DNA of 62,999 nucleotides, filler included, from Octopus bimaculoides (GCF_001194135.2; 4 parts of 4 records of this genome joined end to end with filler, not necessarily neighbours in it), one strand, 5' to 3'; positions 49,502 through 61,902 are shown, counted from the whole stretch's first letter. Translations and numbers: made by a program. The notes: generated from the letters alone by a model not told the origin.

Positions 49502-50260
49502 TAGGGTGAGTGAAAAGTAAGTAGGCATTAAAAATTGGTAATAAAATCCATATTCCTTTTACAAATTTATTAAAACAAATGATACATGTTCTTTATTAAA
49601 TGGGAAAACGAAAGTAAATAGTCATATTTCAACATAAGCACCAGTGGCATCAACCAGTTTAGTCAAACAGCCAAGGGTAGAATGAATAACGTTCTGAAGG
49701 ACGTTGTCTGGGATACCATTGAGAATCTCCTGAATCCATGTCTCCAAGTCCTCCAGTGTGCGAGGTTTTGTCTTGTACACCACTTTTGTGTAACCTCACA
49801 GGTAAAAATCACATGGAGTGAGATTTGGACTTCTTGGAGTTCTGGACATCTGGACTTCTACAGTCACAGCCTTCAGGTTTTAGCTCCTGCACATAATGGG
49901 ATTTTCACGGACAAAAACTCAGTTCTTTATTCAACACCGTACGTATTATGTGTTTTGTTAGTCCACTTTCATGAGCTGCTTGACTTGTTGATTTTTGCAG
50001 GCTGCAATTAAACATTTCCTTCACTGTTGTCATGTTCTCTGCTGATCGGGATGTGGTTGGACAGCCACTTCTTGCATTGTTCACAGAGCCAATGGTCATC
50101 AGCTTTGCATGACAACTTTTTATTGTCTCTGGACGTAGTGTTGCATGCTTACCTTTCAATGCACGCCACCATCTCTGAACTAAAAACAATGGAATTTCAC
50201 ACTTCATAGCATGCTCCTATCTTAGCTTGCTCCTGGACAGTCAAGCAACCAGCCATTTGG
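49502..50260 (-). mobile_element. Tc1/mariner (IS630-Tc1-mariner) transposase relic, internally deleted
   Basis: IGSVNNARSGCPTTSRS...QKSTSQAA (HTH region) joined to PRSPNLTPCDFYL*GY. TAGGGTG terminus in a TA context at about 49502; the other TIR was not found. Confidence 0.8.
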
Positions 50261-51289
50261 AAAATAAGAAATAAGACAATAAGAAAATCAAAAATGCCTT
50301 CCGGCAGCTCTATTACCACATTCAAAAGCATATTCAACATATTCAATTTTTCCTTCACAGTAAACTATTCATAAGTTCTGCCCATACTGACAATAATGGT
50401 GATGACAAATTTTTAAGTTTGCTTGACATTTTATAAGTGTGAAAGGGATTAAAATTTTGATACTCTATATCATAGGTTCCGTCAAGAATAGGCAGAAAAG
50501 AATTGTTTACATAATCAGTTTGAGTAAAGTTGATTGAGTAAAGTGCCATCCAAGCTGATGTTTATTGGTAATTAAATTTAATTTGCAATGCCTATGCATA
50601 TTTATCAGCTTTATTTTTGTTGGTAATTCTTATCAATAACTTTTCCTGTGATCATGACTTGAGAAGTCATACAGCAGTATACTAAAGATCAGACATAATC
50701 TCTTGTGGGCAAGAAATGTAAAATAAAGTTTATAATAAATACAAACACTTTGTAATTTAATAGCTTTCAATGTGATACCTGTTAGACAGAAATTATTTTT
50801 ATTTAATGAAAATTTAATAAAATCTAATTATAAGTGAAATTATGCTAAATACAACTAAATTGAAAACCTTTTTCCCCTGGCCATATTGGCAATTCTGAAA
50901 ACTTTTGGGTGCAAATTTTACATGAGTAGAAGCTTTTTTTAACAAATTTTATCCTGAAAATCACTTGCGTAAATTACACAGGTGCACAAATTACATGGGT
51001 TTTTATGGTAAATGTAACAAAAGCAAAGTTTGAAAGAAATATTAACCATTTTTCATTCTTTCTAGGGGTAAGCAAATAGGAGAAAAAGTTATGTTATACA
51101 ATGTAATTACAGCAGCTGAGTAGCATCATAGTTAAAAGAGTGATGGAGTGATGGATGTTAGGAAGATAAGATGTAGAGAATGCTTGATGAGGGAAGATGG
51201 GTTGAGGGAGAAGGGCACAGCATGTACAAGCATAACATAATGCTCTTAGTCCTCACTTTTGCTATGATGAATGTGTCTTCTCAATTACA

Positions 51290-51965
51290 GTGAGATGCTA
51301 ATTATCTTGTCTTTAGTCATCTCCTCCATGAGGCTCAACATTTTGAGATCAGTCTTCGTTACTTCATCTCATATCTTCCTGGGTCTCCCTCTTACAAATA
51401 TCCCATCCATAGCAAGTACTGAGTACATTGTATGGAATTTCTGGCTAAACCTTTCCTACTTATTATGCAGAGCTAATTATCTGATGGGAATAGAATCCTG
51501 TCTGTTTTCTTGCTTACTAGAATTTTGGTCTTTGATAAGTTAACTTTAAGATCTTTTGATTCCAGGTTTTGCTTCCACTCCTGGAATTTCTTCTCTGATT
51601 ATACTATTTGAACAAGGTCATCAGCATATAATAATTCCTCTGTTATGGCCTGGGGACTTGACGATCTCCTACATGTACTCTAAATTCATTGCTTTATTCA
51701 TTACTAACCCTCACCTTACTGAAAGTACTCCAGTACATGGCTTGTGTGGCTCTTTGTCCATAGGGTGAAGAAGTCTGTCAAAGGCTTTTCCCACTCAATG
51801 AATGCCAATTACAATGGCTTATTCTCAGCTAAATACTTGTCTTGCAGTTGACTTAGAAGGAAGATGGCATCACCAACCCTTCTCCCTAGCACAAAACCAA
51901 ACTGCAATGGAGCTATAATACTATTCATAACTTACATCACCTAGTTCGGCAATTTGATAGCTATA
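51290..51965 (-). mobile_element. RTE family 1, highly degraded RT fragment
   Basis: Colinear with 7900-9260, with internal deletions: QFGFV (AAAACCAAACTGCA), KAFD (GTCAAAGGCTTT) and YADD (AAGGTCATCAGCATA). Confidence 0.75.
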
Positions 51966-52029
51966 TAATCTTTTTTCTACCTAAAGCATCTCCTTTACCC
52001 TTGTAACAAGTGATTTATTTTTCCTAGCA

Positions 52030-52215
52030 CACCAACAAAATATTTGGCAGTATTTGTTCCAGCTTTACATTCTGAGTTCAAATTCTTTTAAGGCTAACTT
52101 TGCCTTTCATCCTTTTAGGATCAATGAAATCAATACCAGTCAACTACTAGGGTTGATGTAATCAACTTAGCCCCTCTCCTAAAATTGCTGACCTTATGCC
52201 AAAATGTGAAACTGT
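52030..52215 (+). mobile_element. SINE family B, degraded, upstream of the LPMO exon
   Basis: TTCTGAGTTCAAATTC...CTTTGCCTTTCATCC...CTTATGCCAAAATGTGAAAC. Confidence 0.65.
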
Positions 52216-52268
52216 TGTTGATTTTTATTAATTTCAATTTTTATTTTTTTTATTTCATATTGACTTAG

Positions 52269-52650
52269 GTGCAATATAAAAAAAATGGAGGTAAATGTGG
52301 CGTATGCGGAGATCCATATGATGGACCCCGTCCCAATGAAGTAAATGGAAAATATGCTACAGGAATCATTGTCCGAAATTACACAGAAGGCCAACAAGTC
52401 GAAGTACAGGTTCAATTGACAGCAAATCACAAAGGCTGGTTCATGTTTACATTATGTCCCAAGAAAAAATATTCTGACCCAGAACCTCTAGAATGTTTTG
52501 AGTCTCATCCCCTGCAAATAGCTGGAAAGAAGAACATGTACAAGTTTCCTATTAAAGCTGAAATGGGCTCAACAACAGTGAAAGTAAACCTTCAGTTACC
52601 TAAAGGACTTTCATGTCCATATTGTGTGTTTCGGTGGAAATACAATGCTG
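52269..52650 (+). CDS. AA15 lytic polysaccharide monooxygenase (chitin-binding type-4-like fold), internal exon
   Basis: acttag|GTG...GCTG|gtaagt. Encodes VQYKKNGGKCGVCGDPYDGPRPNEVNGKYATGIIVRNYTEGQ...LTANHKGWF...LPKGLSCPYCVFRWKYNA. NGGKCGxCGD, TANHxG and CxxCxxxWxY are AA15 hallmarks. Confidence 0.93.
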
Positions 52651-52850
52651 GTAAGTTAATTGGTTGGTTTTAATTTTTTGATATTGTTAGTTTTTTTCGA
52701 AGCTGAAGGAGAAGGTAAAGAAGCTGTGACAAGGGTTCTGAACATCTTCCCTTTAGAGGACTTTCATAAGGCCTTCACAAAGTGGCTGCAATGCTACAAC
52801 AAGAATCCTATTCTGATGGAGAGTAGAGTTTTGTACTTTTTAAATTAATC

Positions 52851-53031
52851 GTTGCCAGTACCGCCTGACTGGCCTTCGTGCCAGTGACACGTAAAAGCAC
52901 CCACTACACTCTCTGAGTGGTTGGCGTTAGGAAGGGCACCCAGCTGTAGAAACTCTGCTAAATCAGATTGGAGCCTGGTGTTGCCAGTCAAATCGTCCAA
53001 CCCATGCTAGCATGGAAAGCGGGCGTTAAAC

Positions 53032-53068
<37 letters not shown>
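52851..53068 (+). mobile_element. RTE family 1, 3' end inside the LPMO intron
   Basis: Near-consensus UTR with a long (GAT)n tail. Confidence 0.85.
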
Positions 53069-53070
<2 letters not shown>

Positions 53071-53340
53071 GGCACATGGTTTAGTGGTTAGGGTATTTGG
53101 CTCACAATTGTAAGGTATTGAGTTCAGTTCCCAGTAATGTGTTGTGTCCTTGAGCAAAACACTTTATTTCACATTACTGCAGTTCACTCAGCTGGCAACA
53201 ATAAGAACATGTATTTCAAAGGGCCAGCCTTGTCATATTCTGTGTCATGCTGAATATTTTTGAGAACTTCGTACACAAGCTTGTGAAGTACTCAACCACT
53301 TGCATGTTAATTTCACAAGCAGACTGTTCCGTTGATTTGA
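53069..53340 (+). mobile_element. SINE sharing the family C head and core
   Basis: TGGTTTAGTGG...GAGTTCAGTTCC...CCTTGAGCAAAACACTTTATT. The 3' body differs from 39241-39580. Confidence 0.6.
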
Positions 53341-53736
53341 AGTAACTTCAAAAATTTCACTTAAATCTGTACACTTAGTTAATTTCCCTAAAAATTTCTC
53401 ATTTACTTTTGCAACAGTTTTGTTTTTTTTCTCTTGTTAACAGTTTTTTTTCTGGTTCTTTCAATACTGGCTCTTTCGTTTACTGACAAGTTGCACTTCA
53501 AACCATACAATTCTTTATTTTCCATAAAAATTTCTTATTTATTTTCTACCCGTCATATTAAGAAATATAATTTCTGTTACCCAGTTATTTTCATTGTTTA
53601 CTATTTTCCGCAACAAGTAATAGGTACAAGATTTGAAAAATGCAATAATATTGTTCAAATCAAAAGATGACTCAGCATCTCTCTGTACTTTAAATATTGA
53701 TATTTTTATTCTAATAAAAGCAAGTGTTAAAAATTT

Positions 53737-53890
53737 GTGTGGTAAGTAGCTTGCTTACCAACCACATGGTTCCGGGTTCATTCCCACTGCGTGGCACTTT
53801 GGGTAAGTGTCTTCCACTATAGCCTCGGGCCGACCAAAGCCTTGTGAGTGGATTTGGTAGACGGAAACTGAAAGAAGCCTGTCGTATATA

Positions 53891-53933
<43 letters not shown>

Positions 53934-54135
53934 GTGTGTGTGTCTGTGTTTGTCCCCCCAACATCGCTTGACAACCGATGGTGGTGTGTTTGGGTCCTCG
54001 TAACTTAGCGGTTCGGCAAAAGAGACCGATAGAATAAGTACTAGGCATCCAAAGAATAAGTCCTGGGGTCGAATTGCTCGACTAAAGGCGCGCTGCAGCA
54101 TGGCCGCAGTCAAATGACTGAAACATTAAAAGAAA
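53737..54135 (+). mobile_element. SINE family A inside the LPMO intron
   Basis: Near-consensus copy with a central (TA)n. Confidence 0.88.
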
Positions 54136-54504
54136 AGAGAATAGTTATTACAGGGTAAGGTGTTACTTGAGAGATATTTGGCTTTTATTTCTAGCCAGAT
54201 GTGTGACCACATAAAGATTTCCTCACTGCTGCTTTCCACGGTAGCAATTTCCTACTAGATGCGTCTGAGCAATCAAGACAAAAATGACCTTGTGATTGGG
54301 ATACAAACATGACTACAGTTATATCACAACTGTCTACTATTTGATTGAAAGTCGATGCTGTATTGACTGGAGATGGAGAGACAGCTGTATTGATTTGACT
54401 GGCTGCAACTAATAGGACAGGTGGACCTGAAGATCACATGGGTAGGAGGCAAGCTTCTTACCACACAGCTATGCTTGCACCTATACCTTATTCTTTCTTT
54501 TATT

Positions 54505-54910
54505 TTTTCACCTGTTTCAGTTATTTGACTGCGGCCATACTGGGGCACCACCTTAAAGGAGTTTTAGTTGAAGAAATCGGCTCCAGGACTTATTCTTTGT
54601 AAGCCTAGTGCTTATTATATCAGTCTCTTTTGCTGAACTGCTAGATTACAGGGATGTAAACACACCAACATCGGTTGTCAAGTGAAGGTGGGAAGGGGAC
54701 AAACACAGACACAAAGACACACTCAGATAAATATGTATATATATATGTGTATGATGGGCTTCTTTCAGTTTCTGTCTACCAAATTCCCTCACAAGGCTTT
54801 GGTCAGCCCGACACTATAGTAGAAGACACTTGTCCAAGGTGCCACATAGAGGGACTGAACCCAGAACCATGTAGTAGGAAAGTAAGCTTCTTACCACACA
54901 GCCATGGGTG
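54505..54910 (-). mobile_element. SINE family A inside the LPMO intron
   Basis: Full copy in inverted orientation to 53737-54135. Confidence 0.85.
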
Positions 54911-55149
54911 TGTCTATGTTAAAAAAGAAAGTAAAACATTTAATAATAGAGTCCCATTTACACAGTATCAAAAATATTTTAGGGGTGGCCACAGCTGAAA
55001 TGCTTCAATCTTTCCTTTATATTGAGTCCACCAAATGATTGAGACAAGATTAGTGATTCAATGATGCATACACTCCTTGTTTGGTTCCTTTCAATGTAGC
55101 TGATTCAGAGAGTGGGAGAGAAACAGCCCCAGTATTTAACAGATACTTT

Positions 55150-55372
55150 ACCGCCTGACTGGCCTTCATGCCAGTGGCACGTAAAAGCACCCACTACACT
55201 CTCTGAGTGGTGGTTGTTAGGAAGGGCATCCAGCTGTAGAAACTCTGCCAAATCAGAGTGGAGCCTGGTGTAGCCATCCGGTTTCACCAGTCCTCAGTCA
55301 AATCGTCCAACCCATGCTAGCATGGAAAGCGGACGTTAAACGACGATGATGATGATGATGATGATGATGAAG
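55150..55372 (+). mobile_element. RTE family 1, 3' end inside the LPMO intron
   Basis: Near-consensus UTR with a (GAT)n tail. Confidence 0.85.
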
Positions 55373-55632
55373 GATGACAGGCAAAATCAACCTAAGAATG
55401 CAGGCAGCAAGAGTAAACACTGAAGGTGTTCTATTGACTCTGTTAATGGGTTGTTTTCAATCATAAGTCTTTTTAATCAGAGCTAACTCAGATCTAAACA
55501 GCACGTAAGTAAAAATCAGGTTTAACCACTCCTTTTATTAATGTAAATCCTTATGTAAGTACACATAAAATAAACCTGTTGTTATATTGTGCTTTCCTGA
55601 AATGATTATCAGTAATTTCTATTTTTAAACAG

Positions 55633-55841
55633 GTAATAGCTGGGGTGTTGATTCCGTTACAAACAAGGGATGCATAGGATGCGGTAACCAAGAACAATTC
55701 TATGGTTGTGCTGACGTCACCATTTTCCAAGATCCTAACAAACCATCTTCAGCTTCAAAACTTACTTGGAATAAACACTATTTGTGGTTGGTTCTAACTG
55801 CTGCTCTTGTCACTGGTTCAGTTTATTCTGCAGATATCTGA
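55633..55841 (+). CDS. AA15 LPMO, terminal exon with hydrophobic C-terminal tail
   Basis: aaacag|GT completes Gly in phase, then NSWGVDSVTNKGCIGCGNQEQFYGCADVTIFQDPNKPSSASKLTWNKHYLWLVLTAALVTGSVYSADI-TGA. GCG-x-x-E-x-F-x-x-CADV is the AA15 C-terminal motif. Confidence 0.93.
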
Positions 55842-55843
55842 AA

Positions 55844-55849
55844 AATAAA
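55844..55849 (+). promoter_or_regulatory. Candidate polyadenylation signal of the LPMO gene
   Basis: AATAAA 3 bp after the stop codon. It may be chance in AT-rich DNA. Confidence 0.2.
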
Positions 55850-56232
55850 CTATTGCTGACTTTTTCATGAACCACATTCCATAGACTTACAAATAATCAC
55901 AACTTAATCTTTACGTGTATGGGCTGTATGTGCATGCGTATGTATGTATGTATGTATGTATGTATGTATGTATGTATGTGTGTATGTATCTATATATATA
56001 TATATATATATAATCATAAATATATAGGGATTGACAGTAACCTGCTTCTCCAACATACTGAGAATTCAGAAATAGCAGTCAAAGAACTACTGATTTCAAA
56101 TTCCTCACGTGGTATTGATGTTCACATGGTCAAAATTAACGTGAGTTATTTAGACATTAACAAATTTATTAGAATATTTAGCTGAAGATCAGAATAGAGT
56201 ATTATGTACTCTTAACTGTGAAACAATTGTAC

Positions 56233-56332
56233 NNNNNNNNNNNNNNNNNNNNNNNNNNNNNNNNNNNNNNNNNNNNTTAATTAATTAANNNNNNNNNNNN
56301 NNNNNNNNNNNNNNNNNNNNNNNNNNNNNNNN
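56233..56332. other. Synthetic 100-bp scaffold-join spacer
   Basis: 44N + TTAATTAATTAA (56277-56288) + 44N. Confidence 0.9.
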
Positions 56333-56981
56333 ATATATATATACCCACACGCACTGAAAAAATATAGTTCGAAGCGCAGAAACATACGCATAAAAAATAT
56401 ATGTACACATATTTACATAGAGAGAATCGATATTTACAAAAAATACAACACAGAGCATCATAAACGCATATAGAATCGATACTTGTGTGTGTGAGAGTGT
56501 ATGTGTATGTCTATATGTCAATCAGTATTTCTGTCTGTCTGTCTGATTGTTAATACATTCATATATGTATATATGTATATATATGCGTACAAGTATACAA
56601 AAGTATGCATAAAATTGGAAAACTATATCTTTACATATGCACATATTTGTATGTATATGTGTGTATGTAGGAATGCACACACAAACACACGCATAGATAT
56701 AGGTATATATAGGTATATATGTACGCAAATTTTCAAAATGCTCTTCATTAAATATATATATATGAACTGTATGTGAACAAAGAAAATTGATTGCCCTATA
56801 ATATTATGTTACTTTATTTTGTGTGTGTTCGTGTATGTATACATACTCATTGACACACACAAGCACACATACACACACACACATATATACATATGCACAT
56901 GTATATAAATATATATATGCACACACATATCTGTACATATGTATGCAAGCACATATGTATGCGTATAAATGTGTGTGTGTG

Positions 56982-57036
<55 letters not shown>

Positions 57037-57210
57037 TCATATATATATATATGTACTTACACAAAGGCACACGTACTCGAGTGCGTGCACGCACGTGTGT
57101 GTGTGACTGTATGCTCGTATATCAATATTAACCTCTATATTTACATAAGCTTGTAAGTACTTAGAAAATTTGAGCTATTTATATATGGTTTCCTAATTGA
57201 TTTGAAGCTG

Positions 57211-57256
<46 letters not shown>

Positions 57257-57525
57257 CACACACACACATATATATATATTTATATACTTTTACGTATCTA
57301 CATTATACACACGCTCATCAAACATACAGGGAGAGTGTCGAATATCGAAGAGAGTACAGAGTGCATAGCATAGAGTGTGCAGTTTCTTTAATACTTTTCT
57401 TACCTATCAAGTTTCAAGACATAGCGATCATCAGGCGCTAGACCCTACAATTTGCTTATAAACCACAGTAATAGTTGAAAGATAATAAAATAGGATACAT
57501 ACATCATACATATATACATACATAT

Positions 57526-57584
<59 letters not shown>

Positions 57585-57700
57585 CTGTTGTGTCTGGGGA
57601 GAGTCATTCTCTTTTGGTGCCTTATAATTTAACACACTCACCGGTGGGTGCATTAAATTATAAGGCACCAAAAGAGAATGACTCTCTCCAGACACAATAG
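57585..57700. repeat. 116-bp near-perfect palindrome
   Basis: 48-bp arms with 2 mismatches; the loop is itself self-complementary around CCGG at 57641-57644. Confidence 0.85.
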
Positions 57701-57961
57701 AATATGCTTCAACATACGAACTTACACAAATAATCTTGCAAACCAAATCCAAAAATGAAATATATATATATATATTGTCGTCCATTTCCCCGCATTCAGC
57801 CTTCTGTTTAAAAGAGAACAAATTTAAAATGGTTTGTAGATATTTGTCATCTTCTAGCGTATTGGTGTTGTCCCTCCAGCATCGTTATTTATCATTATAT
57901 ATTTATAATTATAGACTTTAATATATATACATATATATATATATATATTCTTATATTTATT

Positions 57962-58124
57962 TTCGTCATTTGAATGCGGTCATGCTGGAGCACCGCCCCC
58001 AGGACTTATTATTTGTAAGCCTTGTACTTATTCTATCGGTTTCTTTACCGAACCGCTCGTTACGGGGACGTGAATACACCAGCATCGGTTGTCAAGCGAT
58101 GTTGGGGAGACAAACACAAATACA

Positions 58125-58163
<39 letters not shown>
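57962..58163 (-). mobile_element. SINE family A, 3' half running into a gap
   Basis: GCGGTCATGCTGGAGCACCGCC...GTTACGGGGACGT...(CA)n. Confidence 0.75.
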
Positions 58164-58164
<1 letters not shown>

Positions 58165-59019
58165 NNNNNNNNNNNNNNNNNNNNNNNNNNNNNNNNNNNN
58201 NNNNNNNNNNNNNNNNNNNNNNNNNNNNNNNNNNNNNNNNNNNNNNNNNNNNNNNNNNNNNNNNNNNNNNNNNNNNNNNNNNNNNNNNNNNNNNNNNNNN
58301 NNNNNNNNNNNNNNNNNNNNNNNNNNNNNNNNNNNNNNNNNNNNNNNNNNNNNNNNNNNNNNNNNNNNNNNNNNNNNNNNNNNNNNNNNNNNNNNNNNNN
58401 NNNNNNNNNNNNNNNNNNNNNNNNNNNNNNNNNNNNNNNNNNNNNNNNNNNNNNNNNNNNNNNNNNNNNNNNNNNNNNNNNNNNNNNNNNNNNNNNNNNN
58501 NNNNNNNNNNNNNNNNNNNNNNNNNNNNNNNNNNNNNNNNNNNNNNNNNNNNNNNNNNNNNNNNNNNNNNNNNNNNNNNNNNNNNNNNNNNNNNNNNNNN
58601 NNNNNNNNNNNNNNNNNNNNNNNNNNNNNNNNNNNNNNNNNNNNNNNNNNNNNNNNNNNNNNNNNNNNNNNNNNNNNNNNNNNNNNNNNNNNNNNNNNNN
58701 NNNNNNNNNNNNNNNNNNNNNNNNNNNNNNNNNNNNNNNNNNNNNNNNNNNNNNNNNNNNNNNNNNNNNNNNNNNNNNNNNNNNNNNNNNNNNNNNNNNN
58801 NNNNNNNNNNNNNNNNNNNNNNNNNNNNNNNNNNNNNNNNNNNNNNNNNNNNNNNNNNNNNNNNNNNNNNNNNNNNNNNNNNNNNNNNGTATAATTTCAA
58901 TTCTTCTAATCAAAATATTTAATACATGATGTGTGTAAATAGATCTCTTTTTTATGAAGAGTTTGAAGGCTTTTTTTTTTTTGTCTACTGTGTCTAAATC
59001 ATTCATATACAGGTTTTCA

Positions 59020-59805
59020 ATGATGTTGATGCCTTGATTCAAAATTCTCAGTTTTTCGTTGAAACAAAGCTCACATCGCATCTGTAAGGTTGCGCATTAC
59101 CAGTAATAGTCTGAGTAATTTTGAATTAAGGGGCACTTGTCTCACGTAAGAAACATGTAAACTTTGACAAAACCGTAGCACATTTTCTGTCGGGGTGACA
59201 AATTAATGTTTACGCCTGTAATAACTGTTTTCGGATGTGAATTCCGGGGCCCCAACATATGTTTTAGGTTGATCACTACACTTGGCTTCAATATTTGCAC
59301 TGTAAGCTAGCGCCTTTGCCAGACAGTTACCGGCTAGTGGACAGTTCTCTCAAATTCTACAGTTGCATAATCTTTATTGACTAACTGTTTGCATCTCTCT
59401 TGCATTTAACTTAGTAGTATTATAATTTCTGATATGACTCGAAAATTTTGCAAGCTGAATAGTTATACTTAACACAGTTCCTGTTCAATATTTTTCTAAA
59501 CTTATGCAATGGCGAAAATGGTGATTTGTTAAATTTTAAAATTCTCTAGCTATATTAGCTTTTACTACTACTGGATTATCCATAAATACTGGGTTATACC
59601 ATAAGCTATTCCCATGCCTTTTCCTACGCTGCATATTCCCAGTGTTGTTTTACGTATCTAACCCTATCTGAAAACTCCTTATTTCAAAGCGCCTCTTTAT
59701 AATACCTAGTCGCAGCAATGGAAGCTTGTTCCTCACAAGATAACAAGGATACCCGTTCACCAATATTTCATCCAAGTTCTTCAATATACAATGTGGGTGG
59801 TTCGA
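59020..59805 (-). mobile_element. Penelope-like element fragment (RT C-terminus to GIY-YIG region)
   Basis: Frameshifted SNHPHCILKNL...ERVSLLS...YYKEAL; LWYNPVF...KANIAREF; KILNRNCVKYNYS; LSKF...AQPY...RCELCFNEKLRI. Confidence 0.75.
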
Positions 59806-59854
59806 GTGTCTATATATACAAACTTTTTATTTACATGTCAGTGATGTGCGTGTG

Positions 59855-59857
<3 letters not shown>

Positions 59858-59949
<92 letters not shown>
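59858..59949. repeat. (GT)n microsatellite
   Basis: Perfect dinucleotide run. Confidence 0.95.
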
Positions 59950-59951
<2 letters not shown>

Positions 59952-60878
59952 ACACCGGTAAGATATCGTAGTCAAGGCAGCAGTACTTACACTTAGTCTG
60001 ATTAAAATTATAATTGTTAAATTTAAAAAGAAATTATTTCATCTCCATTAATAAAAAACTTAGAACTCGATGTGTAATTTCATTAATTTTAATATTCAAT
60101 AAAATATTTGCTACTTCCAAGTTCAACATGCTCCAGTTATATTGAACCCATGTGCTATGAGCCCACCTGCACAATACATTAAATATAATGTCATAAAACC
60201 AGTATGAATTTTGCTTTTACTCATTCGTGAGCAGAGAATGTGTGAGCATGTAAGTATGATACGCAGCGGGTGTGTAGAGATATTGTGTTTCATATGACTT
60301 TATAAAATAAAAAATCTGAAAAGCACACACACAGATACACGGACACATACACACACGCACATACATATAGAAATATATACATTCAAATTCTTTTATTCTA
60401 TTTTTTTATTTTCAGATTCAGTCTGAAGCTGTAGTCATGCTGCAGCACCGTCATTACCACTCTCATTTGTATATTTTAGACTCATTTCCCGGTCTTGTCC
60501 GCGGATCTAATCCTGATAAAGTAGTGAGTTGGACATATCTGCTTGAATATATATATATAACAATAAGAAAATGGAGGGGAATATGTGGTACTCATCAACT
60601 TGCAGACAATGTATTATGTAAATTTACCTGTTTATTTTTCAACTAAGAGGACAGGACAATAAAACCAATATACAAACACATATGACATATTTATGTCATA
60701 TCAGTAATAAAAATTAAAAAGGACATCTAGTGTCCGAAGAAGGGAATAGTAATTGGGTATCCCTCCCCGGCAGTATATTGGATATATATTATTCCTTAGT
60801 GGGTTGGATTTACAACCCCTAACTTTCTTGGATTATATATACATATAATATATTCCCTATATGTATTTATATATGTGT

Positions 60879-60931
<53 letters not shown>

Positions 60932-61304
60932 ACATACTTATGTATATGTTTGTGTTAATACAACTGTATATCTGTATATCTGTGTCTGTGGGTATGTGGG
61001 GTTGCGTGAGGGTGTATGTACACAGGTACATGCTTGCAGTGATGCACTCAGATATATATACACGCACCTAGTAAACATATAAATATACCATATTTACCTA
61101 TTCCTCCATACTCCGAACAGCCTTCAATGATGTTCGACTCTTATTGAGGTTTCATCAGACACAAATATATTAATCTATCATCTATGTGCAATAGAGAATA
61201 TGTTTGCTTATATATGTATTCCGACATGCATCTCTGTGTGTGCGTTGTATGTATGTATGTATGTATGTATGTATGTATGTATGTATGTATGTATGTACGT
61301 ATGT

Positions 61305-61344
<40 letters not shown>

Positions 61345-61345
61345 C

Positions 61346-61412
<67 letters not shown>
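61346..61412. repeat. (GATA)n microsatellite
   Basis: Perfect tetranucleotide run. Confidence 0.95.
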
Positions 61413-61659
61413 GGAAGAGGATTTGAAAAGCAGAAGTCTTTTAATGATGTTTATTGATTTCACCGGTTTCCCATATTTAAAAAAAAAAGATTTTCAAAAG
61501 TAAAGTGCAAGGTTTTGTGTAGACTTTGAGGTGTTAAAAGTCAGTTAAAATAGAGTGTTAGAGTCTTTGACAATGATAAGGAAATGTTAAGAGAGGCTTT
61601 GTGTTTAGACAGTCTTCTAAATAAGTTTTCGAAATAGGCAGTAAAATAAGTCCCTAATG

Positions 61660-61902
61660 GTTTATAAGTTCATCAGATATCATAATTGTTTATAAGGGTT
61701 ATAGAGGAAGGACCAATAACCATCCTTCTTCCTTCGTCGCCACTCTTGTATATATGTGTATTACAAGGATGGTTCTATTTTTAGAAAATCGCAACCATCC
61801 TTGTAAAACACATATACAAGACTGGTGATGAAGGAAGAAGGCTGGTCATCGGTCATTCCTCCAAAATCCTTATAAACAATTACGATTTCTGATGAACTTA
61901 TA

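Noticed and set aside
24511-55841. Functional linkage of the SLC7 and LPMO genes
   Set aside because: Two artificial joins separate them, and adjacency in an animal genome implies no shared pathway.
61110-61160. Minus-strand CTGATGA...GAAC motif
   Set aside because: The GAAA box is incomplete and no helix I can be formed.
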